From assembly GCA_964507605.1 (NCBI GenBank), contig CAZDQA010000001.1:1-40060 (forward strand): a stretch of 40,060 nucleotides of DNA. Direction: 5' to 3'. Each line of letters begins with the position of its first letter. Position 1 is the first letter of the stretch. Of the stretch, positions 16,090 through 25,678 are shown in pieces. Source of the DNA: an uncultured Pseudomonadales bacterium. GTDB lineage: Bacteria > Patescibacteriota > Microgenomatia > UBA1400 > CG1-02-47-37. The notes beneath the pieces were generated by a model that had not been told where the DNA came from, ran no database searches, and saw only the letters and a program-made list of their open reading frames with translations. The position numbers and the translations under genes were made by a program.

Positions 16090-17805
16090 ATGGACTCCAA
16101 TCAGATTCGTTCTGCTTATTTAAAGTTTTTTAAGGATAAAGGCCACGTGATTATTCCGCCGGCACCTTTGGTGCCGCCGGATGATCCGACAACTTTATTT
16201 ACTTCTTCCGGCATGCAGCAACTCATGCCGTACTTAAAAGGCGAGCCGCACCCGATGGGGAAAAGATTAGTTGATTGTCAACCCTGTTTTCGCGCCGAAG
16301 ACATTGATGAGGTCGGTGACAACCGCCACACCACTTTTTTTGAAATGCTCGGCAACTGGAGCTTAGGGGATTACTTTAAAGCTGAACAATTGAATTGGTT
16401 TTGGGAGTTTCTGCTTAAAGTTTTAAAGCTGGATAAAGATAGGCTTTATGTGACAGTTTTTGAGGGCGGTAGCGGCGTTCCCAAAGACGAAGAATCTTAC
16501 GCTATCTGGAGAAAACTTGGCTTACCTGAGTCGCACATTTTTTATTACCCGGCCCAAAAAAACTGGTGGTCGCGCTCCGGCACGCCTGATAAAATGCCCG
16601 CGGGAGAAATCGGCGGCCCCGATAGTGAAGTTTTTTATGAATTTACTGAAGTAAAACACCGCCAAAAATTCGGTCCCAAATGTCATCCTAATTGTGATTG
16701 TGGTCGTTTCATGGAAATCGGCAACTCCGTGTTTATGCAATACGAAAAACAGGCCGACGGTTCTTTTAAACCCCTGCCTAAACAGAATGTCGACTTCGGC
16801 GGCGGCTTAGAGCGTTTAGCGGCTGCCTGTCAAAACACGCCGGATATTTTTAAAATTGATATTTTCCAACCCTTGATGCAGGCGATTAACACCAAATCCT
16901 TGGCTGACAGTCGCTTAATTGCCGATCATTTGCGGGCCGCCTCGGCCATGCTTAACGAAGGGATTTTACCGTCCAATAAAAAACAAGGCTATGTTTTACG
17001 CCGCTTAATCCGCCGCGCCGCGATTAAATTAAATGACCCGCAAACTTTAACTAATTATCTTGGTTTACTGACAACCGGAGAAGAAGCCCGGATAATTTTG
17101 AGCGACGAAATTAATAAATTCTCCCACAGTCTGAAAGAGGGTGTAAAAATCTTAAATAAAGCCAAAATTATTGATGAAGCTCTGGCTTTTAATTTATTTC
17201 AGTCTTATGGCTTGCCGCTGGAAGTAATTGAGAGTGTGGCAAAGGTAAAATTAAACAAAGATAAATTCAACGGTTTATTGGAAAAACATAGTCAAAAATC
17301 ACGGACTGCTTCGGCCGGCATGTTTAAAGCCGGCTTGGCCGATCATTCCGAAACCGTGACAAAACTGCATACAGCCACGCACCTACTCCATGCGGCCTTG
17401 CGGCAAGTTTTAGGTAATCATGTCCGGCAGGAAGGCAGTAATATTACCAGTGAACGCTTGCGCTTTGATTTTTCCCACCCGCAAGCTTTGACCCCGGCCG
17501 AGATTAGTAAAGTTGAAACTTTAATTAATCAAAAAATTAAAGAGAATTTAATGGTAAAAAAAACCATTATGGATAAAAATTCTGCTTTAGAAAGCGGAGC
17601 CCTGGCTTTTTTTAAGGAAACCTATCCTGACAAAGTCTCGGTTTACACCATTGGCAATTTTTCTAAAGAACTTTGCTCCGGTCCTCATGTTGACTCGACA
17701 GGGGGAATAGGCAGTGTTAAGATAATTAAGCAAGAGTCAATCGGTGCTGGTAAGCGCCGACTTTATGCTGTTTTTAATCATGGAACTAAAAAACCTGCTC
17801 ACTAA
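16090..17805 (+). CDS. alaS: Alanine--tRNA ligase, minimal 571-aa form
   Basis: IRSAYLKFFKDKGHVIIPPAPLVP, FTSSGMQQ, FEMLGNWSLGDYFK and VDFGGGLERLA mark the class II core. HTATHLLHAALRQVLG and CSGPHV are editing-domain Zn motifs. There is no C-Ala domain and the middle region is shortened. Confidence 0.9.
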   Translation: MDSNQIRSAYLKFFKDKGHVIIPPAPLVPPDDPTTLFTSSGMQQLMPYLKGEPHPMGKRLVDCQPCFRAEDIDEVGDNRHTTFFEMLGNWSLGDYFKAEQLNWFWEFLLKVLKLDKDRLYVTVFEGGSGVPKDEESYAIWRKLGLPESHIFYYPAQKNWWSRSGTPDKMPAGEIGGPDSEVFYEFTEVKHRQKFGPKCHPNCDCGRFMEIGNSVFMQYEKQADGSFKPLPKQNVDFGGGLERLAAACQNTPDIFKIDIFQPLMQAINTKSLADSRLIADHLRAASAMLNEGILPSNKKQGYVLRRLIRRAAIKLNDPQTLTNYLGLLTTGEEARIILSDEINKFSHSLKEGVKILNKAKIIDEALAFNLFQSYGLPLEVIESVAKVKLNKDKFNGLLEKHSQKSRTASAGMFKAGLADHSETVTKLHTATHLLHAALRQVLGNHVRQEGSNITSERLRFDFSHPQALTPAEISKVETLINQKIKENLMVKKTIMDKNSALESGALAFFKETYPDKVSVYTIGNFSKELCSGPHVDSTGGIGSVKIIKQESIGAGKRRLYAVFNHGTKKPAH

Positions 17806-19882
17806 GCTTAAACACAAAGAGGAAAATCATCAGGAATATTTTTTTGCGGTCGAAATCACTGAAGAAATAATTAAAACCGCCATCTGGACGGTCACTGACG
17901 GACAAACTCAGGTAGTTAAAATTGGTCAGTCCCAAACCTGGGACGGACAAACTCAGGAAAAATTAGTCAGCGCCATTGATCAATCGATTTCTGCTATTTC
18001 TGCCAATATTTCTCCGGAACCTTCCGGGGTGATTTTTGGTTTACCGGAAGCCTGGATGGATTCAGACAACATTATTCCCGATAAAAAAACCTTCCTTAAA
18101 GCCGTTTGCCAGGAATTAGAGCTTAAACCCTTGGGTTTTGTTATTTCCAACACGGCCGTCATTCAATACTTAAAGATCGATGAAGGCACCCCACCCAGCG
18201 CCATCTTTTTACAGCTTAGCTCCACAGAAATAAATTTATCTTTAGTTAAGTTGGGCAAGTTGATTGGTACCCAATTGGTTGGCCGCTCCGGGGACTTAGG
18301 CCAGGATGTTGAAGAAGGCTTATCCCGTTTTGATAAGATCGACACCTTGCCCTCCCGGATGATTCTTTATGACGGCCACACTGATTTTGAGGAAGATAAA
18401 CAACAGTTGACGTCCTATGATTGGGAAGAAAAACTTCCCTTTATTCATGTTCCCAAAGTCGAAGCCTTACCGCCTGATGCCTCAATTAAAGCGATTTGTT
18501 TAGCCGGAGGCAGTGAAGTTGCTAAGTCTTTAGGCTTTGATATTAAAACTCCGGTTGCCGCTCTTTCCGCTTCAGATTTAGGTTTTGTTTCCGGTGATGT
18601 TGCCCAACAATCAAAACCAGCACCGCCTCCAGAACCAAAGCCAGAACCACCACCAAAGCTAAATCCGCCAACTGGCGGACCAAATCTAATTCAATTAATT
18701 AAAGAAAAACTTTCCCGTCTTAAATTCCCGTCTGCCCCTAAAGCGATTATTTGGATTGCGGCCGGCTTTCTTGGTTTATTAATTTTTGTTTTTAGCGCTT
18801 ATTGGTACTTGCCTAAAGCGCAAATTACTCTTTATTTTGAACCCAAAACCATCGAAACCAATTTAACTTTAACCATTGATCCTCAAGTCTCCACCCTGGA
18901 CCCGATTAAAGCCATTCTGCCCGGAGAATCAGTGGATATTTCCGTTGAAGGCAGCCAATCTATTCCCACCACCGGAACAGCCTTAATCGGCGACCCGGCC
19001 ACCGGCAACATTACAATTTATAATAAAACTGCCCAAACAAAATCTTTTCCCAAAGGGACAATCTTAATCGGTCCTAATAATTTAACCTTTTCTCTGGATG
19101 AAGATACTACTGCTACTTCCAGCTCGTCTCGTGAAGAAGGAGAAAATACGATTATTACTCCGGGTAAAGCCGACGCCTCCATTACTGCTCAAAACATTGG
19201 CGCTGATAGTAATTTATCTGCTGATACCCGCCTATCTTTTAAACAGTTTTCTGAAGATGATTATTATGCCAAAACCTCCGGGCTTTCCGGCGGCACCAGC
19301 CAGGAAGTTAAGGCCGTCAGCCAAGCCGACCAAGACAAATTATTAGCCGCTGCCACGACTGAATTAATCAATAAAGCGCAAACCGAGCTGCAAAACCGCC
19401 TGGGTGGCGACAAAGCTCTAGTTACCGTGGAAGATCAGGAAAAATTTATTTCTAAAAAGTTTAACCACAGTGTTAATGAACAAGCGGATACCTTAGTCCT
19501 TGAGTCCAAACTAGAATACACCGCCTTAAGTTACAGTCAAAAAGACTTACAACTTTTACTTAACGAGGCGGTCAAGGAAAAAATTCCTGAGAACTTTCAG
19601 GTCAGTGATTCCAGCGAGACCGAGCTGGAACCGGCTCAGCTTAACAAAGATAAAACCGCTACTATTCAGGCTGCGTTTAAAGCCAACCTTTTGCCCAAAC
19701 TCGACCTTGAGGCAATTAAAAAACAGCTTAAAGGTCATTATCCCTCGGCTATTCAAGATTACTTAACTTCTTTGCCCAGCTTTTTAAGCGCTGATATTAT
19801 TATTAAGCCCAACCTGCCCTCCGGCTTAAAAACTTTACCCCATGTTACCAAAAACATTCTTTTGGAAGTGAAGACAAAATAA
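17780..19882 (+). CDS. Hypothetical bitopic membrane protein with an N-terminal actin-fold (FtsA/PilM-like) region, Pro-rich linker, TM helix and large extracytoplasmic domain
   Basis: I prefer the ATG at 17780 (MELKNLL...). The N-terminal ~260 aa resemble FtsA/PilM-type ASKHA proteins only loosely. The linker is KPAPPPEPKPEPPPKLNPP and the TM helix is IIWIAAGFLGLLIFVFSAYWYL. The C-terminal beta-rich domain is possibly baseplate-J-like. Confidence 0.6.
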   Translation: MELKNLLTKLKHKEENHQEYFFAVEITEEIIKTAIWTVTDGQTQVVKIGQSQTWDGQTQEKLVSAIDQSISAISANISPEPSGVIFGLPEAWMDSDNIIPDKKTFLKAVCQELELKPLGFVISNTAVIQYLKIDEGTPPSAIFLQLSSTEINLSLVKLGKLIGTQLVGRSGDLGQDVEEGLSRFDKIDTLPSRMILYDGHTDFEEDKQQLTSYDWEEKLPFIHVPKVEALPPDASIKAICLAGGSEVAKSLGFDIKTPVAALSASDLGFVSGDVAQQSKPAPPPEPKPEPPPKLNPPTGGPNLIQLIKEKLSRLKFPSAPKAIIWIAAGFLGLLIFVFSAYWYLPKAQITLYFEPKTIETNLTLTIDPQVSTLDPIKAILPGESVDISVEGSQSIPTTGTALIGDPATGNITIYNKTAQTKSFPKGTILIGPNNLTFSLDEDTTATSSSSREEGENTIITPGKADASITAQNIGADSNLSADTRLSFKQFSEDDYYAKTSGLSGGTSQEVKAVSQADQDKLLAAATTELINKAQTELQNRLGGDKALVTVEDQEKFISKKFNHSVNEQADTLVLESKLEYTALSYSQKDLQLLLNEAVKEKIPENFQVSDSSETELEPAQLNKDKTATIQAAFKANLLPKLDLEAIKKQLKGHYPSAIQDYLTSLPSFLSADIIIKPNLPSGLKTLPHVTKNILLEVKTK

Positions 19883-19885
19883 ACT

Positions 19886-20671
19886 ATGGCTTATATTTAT
19901 TTAAAACAGCCTCCGGCTGATCCGGCTCATCTTTATCGCCGTTTGCAGTTGGTTTCGGCCTGGTCAAAATTGAAAGCGCTTTTGCCGACGATTATGATTG
20001 TTGTTGGCGCCAGTCTGATTATTGCGGTTGGCTATCCGATCATTTCTTATGAATTAACCATCGGCCAGCGTTCTCGGCGCCAGTCAATTCTCAAGCCGGT
20101 TCCGGATACCTCTTTGGCTGAAAACAAAGGCATTCTTAGCCCCATTAATCCTCAAAACCCTCAAGTGTTAGCCCAAACTCCGGCGGAACAGGATTATTCT
20201 CAAGTTTCCGCCTGGTTTAATTTTTCCAAACCCCAGACTTTTTTAAATCCCTCCAACATTACTCATTACACTGTCAGCATTCCTCGACTAAGGATTTCCG
20301 ATGCTTTAGTCACTATTGGCGGCGATAATCTGGGCAATAGTTTAATTCAATATGGTGGTACCGCCAACCCCGGCGAGATCGGCAGTCCGGTCATCTTTGG
20401 CCACTCCATCTTACCCCAATTTTATAATCCACAATCCTACCGTTCGATTTTTTCTTTACTGCCCACCCTTCGGCCAGGCGATGAAATTTTAGTTAATTTT
20501 GACGGGATTCTGTATAAATATGCGGTTTATGACTATTTTGAAGTTGCTCCCGGCGAAATTGATATTTTAGAACAGCATTATAGCCGCAAAGAATTGACAT
20601 TAGTTACCTGTGTGCCTCCCGGGACCTATTTGCGCCGCGGCATTGTTAAAGCCAAACTGGTGGAAATATAA
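19886..20671 (+). CDS. Sortase-family transpeptidase
   Basis: 261 aa with an N-terminal TM anchor, catalytic His (VIFGHS), Cys (LTLVTCVPPG) and a downstream Arg (YLRRG). Confidence 0.8.
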   Translation: MAYIYLKQPPADPAHLYRRLQLVSAWSKLKALLPTIMIVVGASLIIAVGYPIISYELTIGQRSRRQSILKPVPDTSLAENKGILSPINPQNPQVLAQTPAEQDYSQVSAWFNFSKPQTFLNPSNITHYTVSIPRLRISDALVTIGGDNLGNSLIQYGGTANPGEIGSPVIFGHSILPQFYNPQSYRSIFSLLPTLRPGDEILVNFDGILYKYAVYDYFEVAPGEIDILEQHYSRKELTLVTCVPPGTYLRRGIVKAKLVEI

Positions 20672-20674
20672 TTT

Positions 20675-21058
20675 ATGCGCTACCTGGGTATTGATTTTGG
20701 TTTAAAACATTTAGGGTTGGCAATTGCCGACGGGCCTTTGGCTGAGCCTTTCGGCGAGAAAAAATATTCCCAACAAGAGAAGCTCTTTAATTATTTAAAC
20801 AGCGTTATTATTCAACAGCAGATTAATAAAATTGTCATCGGTTTGCCGGAAGGAAAGTTGGCTGAATCGGTTAAAAATTTTGCCAAAAAGTTAACTGAAT
20901 TAAGCGGCCGGGAAGTAGTTTTTCAGGATGAAACTTTATCCACGAAAGAAGCCAAAGCTAAGTTAATTGCTGCTCACGCTCCCCAAAAAAAACGCCGCTT
21001 TGACCATAGCGCCGCCGCCGCCTTGATTTTACAGGATTACCTTGATAGGATTAATTAA
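20675..21058 (+). CDS. ruvX: Holliday-junction resolvase-like / pre-16S rRNA nuclease YqgF
   Basis: 127 aa with MRYLGIDFGLKHLGLAIAD, IVIGLP, DETLST and the C-terminal AAAALILQDYL. Confidence 0.88.
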   Translation: MRYLGIDFGLKHLGLAIADGPLAEPFGEKKYSQQEKLFNYLNSVIIQQQINKIVIGLPEGKLAESVKNFAKKLTELSGREVVFQDETLSTKEAKAKLIAAHAPQKKRRFDHSAAAALILQDYLDRIN

Positions 21059-21076
21059 TAAAGGAGGGAAGTAAAA

Positions 21077-21277
21077 ATGTTTAAAAATGTTATTGCTCCG
21101 GTTCAGGCTTGGCTTTTATCCCGCGGCCAGTGTGTTGGCTGTGGTATGCCTTTAAATAAGGGTAAAGTCAGTTCCATTAAACCGGGACAGGAAAAAATCA
21201 CCTGCAAGTGCGGCCGCATCTTTGTTAAAGATACTAACACCAGTAAATTCCGTCGGGCTTTGTTTGAAGAAGTCTAA
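21077..21277 (+). CDS. Small zinc-ribbon protein (hypothetical)
   Basis: 66 aa with CVGC...CKC. A strong Shine-Dalgarno (AAGGAGGGAAG) lies 7-8 nt upstream. Confidence 0.55.
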   Translation: MFKNVIAPVQAWLLSRGQCVGCGMPLNKGKVSSIKPGQEKITCKCGRIFVKDTNTSKFRRALFEEV

Positions 21278-21280
21278 ATC

Positions 21281-22210
21281 ATGTTGAAAAAACTTTTTTT
21301 CTTGGGCTTTTTTAGCCTGACTGTCTTTATTGTTGGTGTTTATTTATTTTGGCAATGGGCCATTAAGCCGGTTGATCCGCAGAATCAAACTCCTCAAGTT
21401 TTTGTTGTTCCCCAGGGCCAATCAGCCAAAATTATCGGTAAGCGGTTGAAGGCAGAAGGTTTGATTAAGAATCAATTGGCTTTTAATCTTTTGGTTGATC
21501 AGCAGAATTTAAGTAATCAGCTCCAAGCCGGGGATTTTCGTTTATCTCCCTCAATGGATTTAAAAACTATGATTGACTCTTTGACTCACGGCAGCTTGGA
21601 CTACTGGATTACTTTTCCTGAAGGCCTAAGGGTGGAAGAATATGCCGAAAGGTTAGCTGCCAAATCTGATCTTGACCCGCAGGTTTTTATTTTAACCGCT
21701 AAACCCTTTGAAGGCCGGCTTTTCCCTGATACTTACTTAATTCCCCAAACTGCCTCAGCCGAAGATATTGTTATTCTTTTGACCGACACTTTTACTCAGA
21801 AAAGTCCCACGCAAGACAAAGACTTAATTATTTTAGCCTCTTTAATTGAACGTGAAGCTAAACATAGTCAGGATCGCCCTTTGGTCTCCAGCGTTTTGCA
21901 TAATCGGTTAAAAATCAACATGGCTTTACAAATCGATGCCACCGTGCAGTATATCGTCGGCAAGCCTGACAATTGGTGGAAAAAAGGCTTAACGAAACAA
22001 GATTTAGCCATTAATTCTCCTTACAATACCTATCTGCATCCTGGTTTGCCGCCTCAGCCAATCGCTAACCCCGGTTTGGCTGCTTTGCAGGCCGCCGTTA
22101 CTCCAGCCGCAACAAACTATTTGTATTATGTCTCCGACTCTTCCGGTTATAACCACTATGCCGAAGATCTATCCGGGCACCAGGCCAACATTACTCAATA
22201 TCTTCAATAA
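21281..22210 (+). CDS. mltG: Endolytic murein transglycosylase MltG (YceG-like)
   Basis: 309 aa with an N-terminal TM helix, LASLIEREA (catalytic Glu region), LQIDATVQY and SPYNTYLHPGLPPQPIANPG. Confidence 0.88.
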   Translation: MLKKLFFLGFFSLTVFIVGVYLFWQWAIKPVDPQNQTPQVFVVPQGQSAKIIGKRLKAEGLIKNQLAFNLLVDQQNLSNQLQAGDFRLSPSMDLKTMIDSLTHGSLDYWITFPEGLRVEEYAERLAAKSDLDPQVFILTAKPFEGRLFPDTYLIPQTASAEDIVILLTDTFTQKSPTQDKDLIILASLIEREAKHSQDRPLVSSVLHNRLKINMALQIDATVQYIVGKPDNWWKKGLTKQDLAINSPYNTYLHPGLPPQPIANPGLAALQAAVTPAATNYLYYVSDSSGYNHYAEDLSGHQANITQYLQ

Positions 22211-22218
22211 TTTCCCCC

Positions 22219-22246
22219 TTGACAAGATTGGCCAATCTGGTATATT
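22219..22246 (+). promoter_or_regulatory. Sigma-70-type promoter for rpoBC (TTGACA-N16-TATATT with TGn extension)
   Basis: TTGACA at 22219-22224, TG at 22238-22239 and TATATT at 22241-22246. It begins 9 nt after the mltG stop codon. Confidence 0.6.
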
Positions 22247-22366
22247 ACTTTTACCTTAGCCTGTTAGCGTGCAGGCTGGTCTTTGTTCGTCAATTTCCAA
22301 GTTACGCCTTAAATTAAAGTGTCTTATTCAACCTTTATCATTGACAAATAATTGCTAATTATCAAC

Positions 22367-22391
22367 AAAACGGGATTTATGCCCGTTTTTT
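22367..22391 (+). terminator. Terminator-like hairpin plus T-run in the rpoB leader (candidate attenuator)
   Basis: AAAACGGG-atttatg-CCCGTTTT followed by TTGTGTTTATTTT. It ends ~18 nt before the rpoB ATG at 22409. Confidence 0.45.
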
Positions 22392-22408
22392 GTGTTTATT
22401 TTACAAAA

Positions 22409-25400
22409 ATGATTAAAACCAACTCTCGCATTTTTTGGAAAACCCCGCCTACAAATTTACCCCAACTAAATCTTTTAGATGTTCAAAAAGATTCTTATCA
22501 ATGGTTTTTAGGTCAAGGCATTAAAGAAGCTCTGGAAAGTATTTCCCCGATTTTCGACTTTACCGGAAAAAATTGGCAGTTAGAGTTTGGCGAACATTCA
22601 ATTGGTCAATCTAAATACTCAGCGAGTCAAGCTTTAAAAAAAGGCTTAACTTATGAAATTCCTTTAAAAGTTAAAGCTCAATTAACCAACCTGCAAACCG
22701 GTGAAGTGATTAAACAAGAAGTCTTTATGGGGGATATTCCCCAGATGACTGACGTCGGCACTTTTATTATTAATGGGATTGAAAGATCTGTGGTTAATCA
22801 ACTGGTTCGCTCTCCTGGAGTTTTCTTTTCCGGCACAGTTGATTTGTCTACAGGCCGCAATCTTTATCAAGCCGAGTTACGCCCTTTGCGTGGTTCCTGG
22901 CTGGAAATTAATGTTTCTCGTTACAATACCATTTCAGTTAAAATCGACAGGCATCGTAAACTTCCCGCCACCACCTTTTTGCGGGCCATTCGGCCTTTTG
23001 AAGACGAAGAACTTTTGAAAATTTTTAATGAAGTTGACACTGATCAAAAACATCCATATATTCTTTCAACCTTAGAAAAAGATCCCACCAAAACTCATGA
23101 AGAAGCCTTAATCGAAATTTATCAGAAAATGAGACCGGGAGAGCCAGCTGTTTTAGAAAATGCTAAAGAGCTTTTACATCGGATGTTTTTTGATCCCAAG
23201 CGCTATGATTTGGGTAACGTTGGTCGCTACAAAACTAATCGCCGCTTAAAACTCAACCTTGATTTAAATACTCGAGTTTTAACCTCTGATGATATTATTA
23301 CCTCCATAAAATACTTAATTGCCCTGCAAAATGGTCAAGGTCGGGTTGATGACATTGACAGTTTGTCTAATCGTCGGGTTCGTCGGGTCGGGGAACTAGT
23401 GGCCACCAGCGCTTTTAGAGTTGGCCTGCTTCGCTTAGAGCGTTCTATAAGGGAAAAAATGAGCTTAGCCAAGGCTGACGTCGAAGTCACTCCCAGCACC
23501 TTAGTCAATCCTCGACCGGTGATTGCTTCAGTCTCTGACTTTTTTAGACGCAATCGTCTCTCCACAATTTTAGATCAAACTAATCCTTTAGCTGAAATTG
23601 ACAACCTTCGTCGCTTGTCGGTTATGGGTCCGGGAGGGGTCACTCGTGAACGCGCTTCTTTTTCCATGCGTGATATTAATTCCAGTCAATATGGCCGTAT
23701 TTGTCCTGTCAGATCTCCGGAGGGTCCAAACATTGGTCTCGTTACCTATCTCGCTCTTTACGCTCGGGTTAATCAGTTTGGGTTCTTAGAAACTCCTTAT
23801 AGAAAAGTTGTTAAAGAAACGAAAAATAACAAAACCAAAATGCGCGTTACTGACGAAATTGTTTATTTAGCTTCCGATGAAGAAGAAAACCACTATATTA
23901 CTCATGCAGAAATCCAAGTGGACAAGCAGGGCTATATTGTTAAAGATTGGGTTCCAGCTCGATATCAAACAGAATTTATTGAAATTTCAGCCAGCCAAAT
24001 TGAATATATTGACGTCGTGCCTCGGCAAGTTGTTGGCACTTCTGCCTCTTTGATTCCTTTTATCGCCCATGACGAAGCCAATAGGGCCCTTATGGGTACG
24101 CACATGCAATGTCAAGCGGTCCCTTTAGTCAATCCAGAATCTCCGATTGTTGGTACAAGCATGGAGATAGAGGTTGTCTCAGCCATGAAGCGTACTGTTC
24201 AAGCCTTGATTTCCGGCACTGTTATCTATGTTGATAGCCAAAGAATTTCTATTAAAACCAACGCCCAAGATGTAAAAAAACTTAAAGATTTAAAACCCTC
24301 CCTTCAGGAAACCATTACCATTGAAGGCAGCAATATTCATTATCAAGTGGTTAAATTTAGTCGCACCACCCAATCAACTTGTTATTCTCAAAAACCATTG
24401 GTTGCAGTCGGCGATAAGGTCAAGGTCGGTGACTTGATTATTGATGGTCCTGCCTGTGATCATGGTGAATTAGCCTTAGGTCAAAATCTTACCATTGCTT
24501 ATATGAGCTATGAAGGTTTAGGTTATGAAGATGCGGTTATTATCTCCGACCGTTTAGTTAAAGAAGATATTTTAACCTCAGTGATGATTAATGAATATGA
24601 AGCCAAGGTGATGGATACTAAACTTGGACCGGAAGAACTTACCAGAGATATTCCCAATGTTGGAGAAACAGAACTTTCTAATTTAGGCGATGACGGCATT
24701 GTCGTGATTGGTAGCCAAGTGGAACCTAATGATATTCTGGTTGGCAAAATTGCTCCTAAGGGTGAAACTGAATTAACCGCTGAAGAACGACTCTTAAGAG
24801 CTATTTTCGGTGAAAAAGCCAGGGAGGTTAGAGATACCAGTTTACGCGTACCTCATGGAGAAGGCGGTACGGTTATTGAAGTTAAAGTTTTTGACCGCGA
24901 CAAAGGCGATGAATTAGACCCTGGTGTAATAAAGAAAGTTATTGTTCAGGTTGCTCAAATGCGCAAAATTGTTGTTGGCGATAAACTAGCCGGCCGTCAT
25001 GGCAATAAAGGCGTTATTAGTAAAATTGTTCCTGTGGCGGACATGCCTTATTTTGATGATGGCACCCCGGTCGATATTATTATTTCCCCCTTATCAGTCT
25101 TAGCCAGAATGAATTTAGGTCAACTTCTGGAAGCTCAACTAGGCTGGGCAGGTAAAAAATTAGGCAAAAAATTTGCCTTGCCTGTTTTTGAACCTGTTGA
25201 CGAAACTCTCATTATTGATCAACTCAAAAAAGCTCAATTGCCTATTTCCGGCAAAACTCAGCTCTATGATGGTCGCACCGGTCAGCCGTTTACTTCAGAA
25301 ACAGCTGTTGGCGTTGCCTATTTCTTAAAACTTATTCACATGGTTGAGGACAAAACTCATGCCCGCTCCACTGGTCCCTATTCTTTAGTCACCCAGCAAC

Positions 25401-25678
25401 CCTTAGGCGGTAAAGCCCAAATGGGCGGTCAAAGATTAGGAGAAATGGAAGTTTGGGCCCTTGAAGCTCATCGGGCCGCTCACACCTTGCAAGAAATGCT
25501 AACGATTAAATCTGACGATGTGGTTGGCCGGGCCAAAGCCTTTGAAGCGATTGTTAAAAGTCTGGATATTCCTGAAGCCACTGTCCCCGAATCTTTCCGG
25601 GTTTTAGTTAAAGAACTTCAGAGCCTCAGTCTTAATATTATTCCCGGCGGCATTACCGAAGAGGAATTAGATGACTAA
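22409..25678 (+). CDS. rpoB: DNA-directed RNA polymerase subunit beta
   Basis: [13 protein letters not shown], the RRxRxVGEL region, SQLSQF-equivalent blocks, [12 protein letters not shown] and [16 protein letters not shown] prefer the ATG at 22409 (MIKTNSR...) over the TTG-extended ORF at 22352. Confidence 0.95.
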   Translation: MIKTNSRIFWKTPPTNLPQLNLLDVQKDSYQWFLGQGIKEALESISPIFDFTGKNWQLEFGEHSIGQSKYSASQALKKGLTYEIPLKVKAQLTNLQTGEVIKQEVFMGDIPQMTDVGTFIINGIERSVVNQLVRSPGVFFSGTVDLSTGRNLYQAELRPLRGSWLEINVSRYNTISVKIDRHRKLPATTFLRAIRPFEDEELLKIFNEVDTDQKHPYILSTLEKDPTKTHEEALIEIYQKMRPGEPAVLENAKELLHRMFFDPKRYDLGNVGRYKTNRRLKLNLDLNTRVLTSDDIITSIKYLIALQNGQGRVDDIDSLSNRRVRRVGELVATSAFRVGLLRLERSIREKMSLAKADVEVTPSTLVNPRPVIASVSDFFRRNRLSTILDQTNPLAEIDNLRRLSVMGPGGVTRERASFSMRDINSSQYGRICPVRSPEGPNIGLVTYLALYARVNQFGFLETPYRKVVKETKNNKTKMRVTDEIVYLASDEEENHYITHAEIQVDKQGYIVKDWVPARYQTEFIEISASQIEYIDVVPRQVVGTSASLIPFIAHDEANRALMGTHMQCQAVPLVNPESPIVGTSMEIEVVSAMKRTVQALISGTVIYVDSQRISIKTNAQDVKKLKDLKPSLQETITIEGSNIHYQVVKFSRTTQSTCYSQKPLVAVGDKVKVGDLIIDGPACDHGELALGQNLTIAYMSYEGLGYEDAVIISDRLVKEDILTSVMINEYEAKVMDTKLGPEELTRDIPNVGETELSNLGDDGIVVIGSQVEPNDILVGKIAPKGETELTAEERLLRAIFGEKAREVRDTSLRVPHGEGGTVIEVKVFDRDKGDELDPGVIKKVIVQVAQMRKIVVGDKLAGRHGNKGVISKIVPVADMPYFDDGTPVDIIISPLSVLARMNLGQLLEAQLGWAGKKLGKKFALPVFEPVDETLIIDQLKKAQLPISGKTQLYDGRTGQPFTSETAVGVAYFLKLIHMVEDKTHARSTGPYSLVTQQPLGGKAQMGGQRLGEMEVWALEAHRAAHTLQEMLTIKSDDVVGRAKAFEAIVKSLDIPEATVPESFRVLVKELQSLSLNIIPGGITEEELDD

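Noticed and set aside
22341-22346. Second TTGACA in the rpoB leader as an additional promoter.
   Set aside because: There is no acceptable -10 hexamer at 16-18 nt spacing downstream. It is probably a chance match in an AT-rich leader.
22352-22408. N-terminal extension of rpoB from the TTG at 22352 (MLIINKTGFMPVFCVYFTK).
   Set aside because: The extension would translate the terminator-like hairpin and T-run of the leader. The conserved rpoB N-terminus begins right after the ATG at 22409.

Similar alternative-start extensions were rejected for fusA (36600), the 17744 ORF, the DUF3795-like ORF (4252), the 152-aa cassette ORFs (34598, 35456) and the small ORFs (33719, 34667, 35525).
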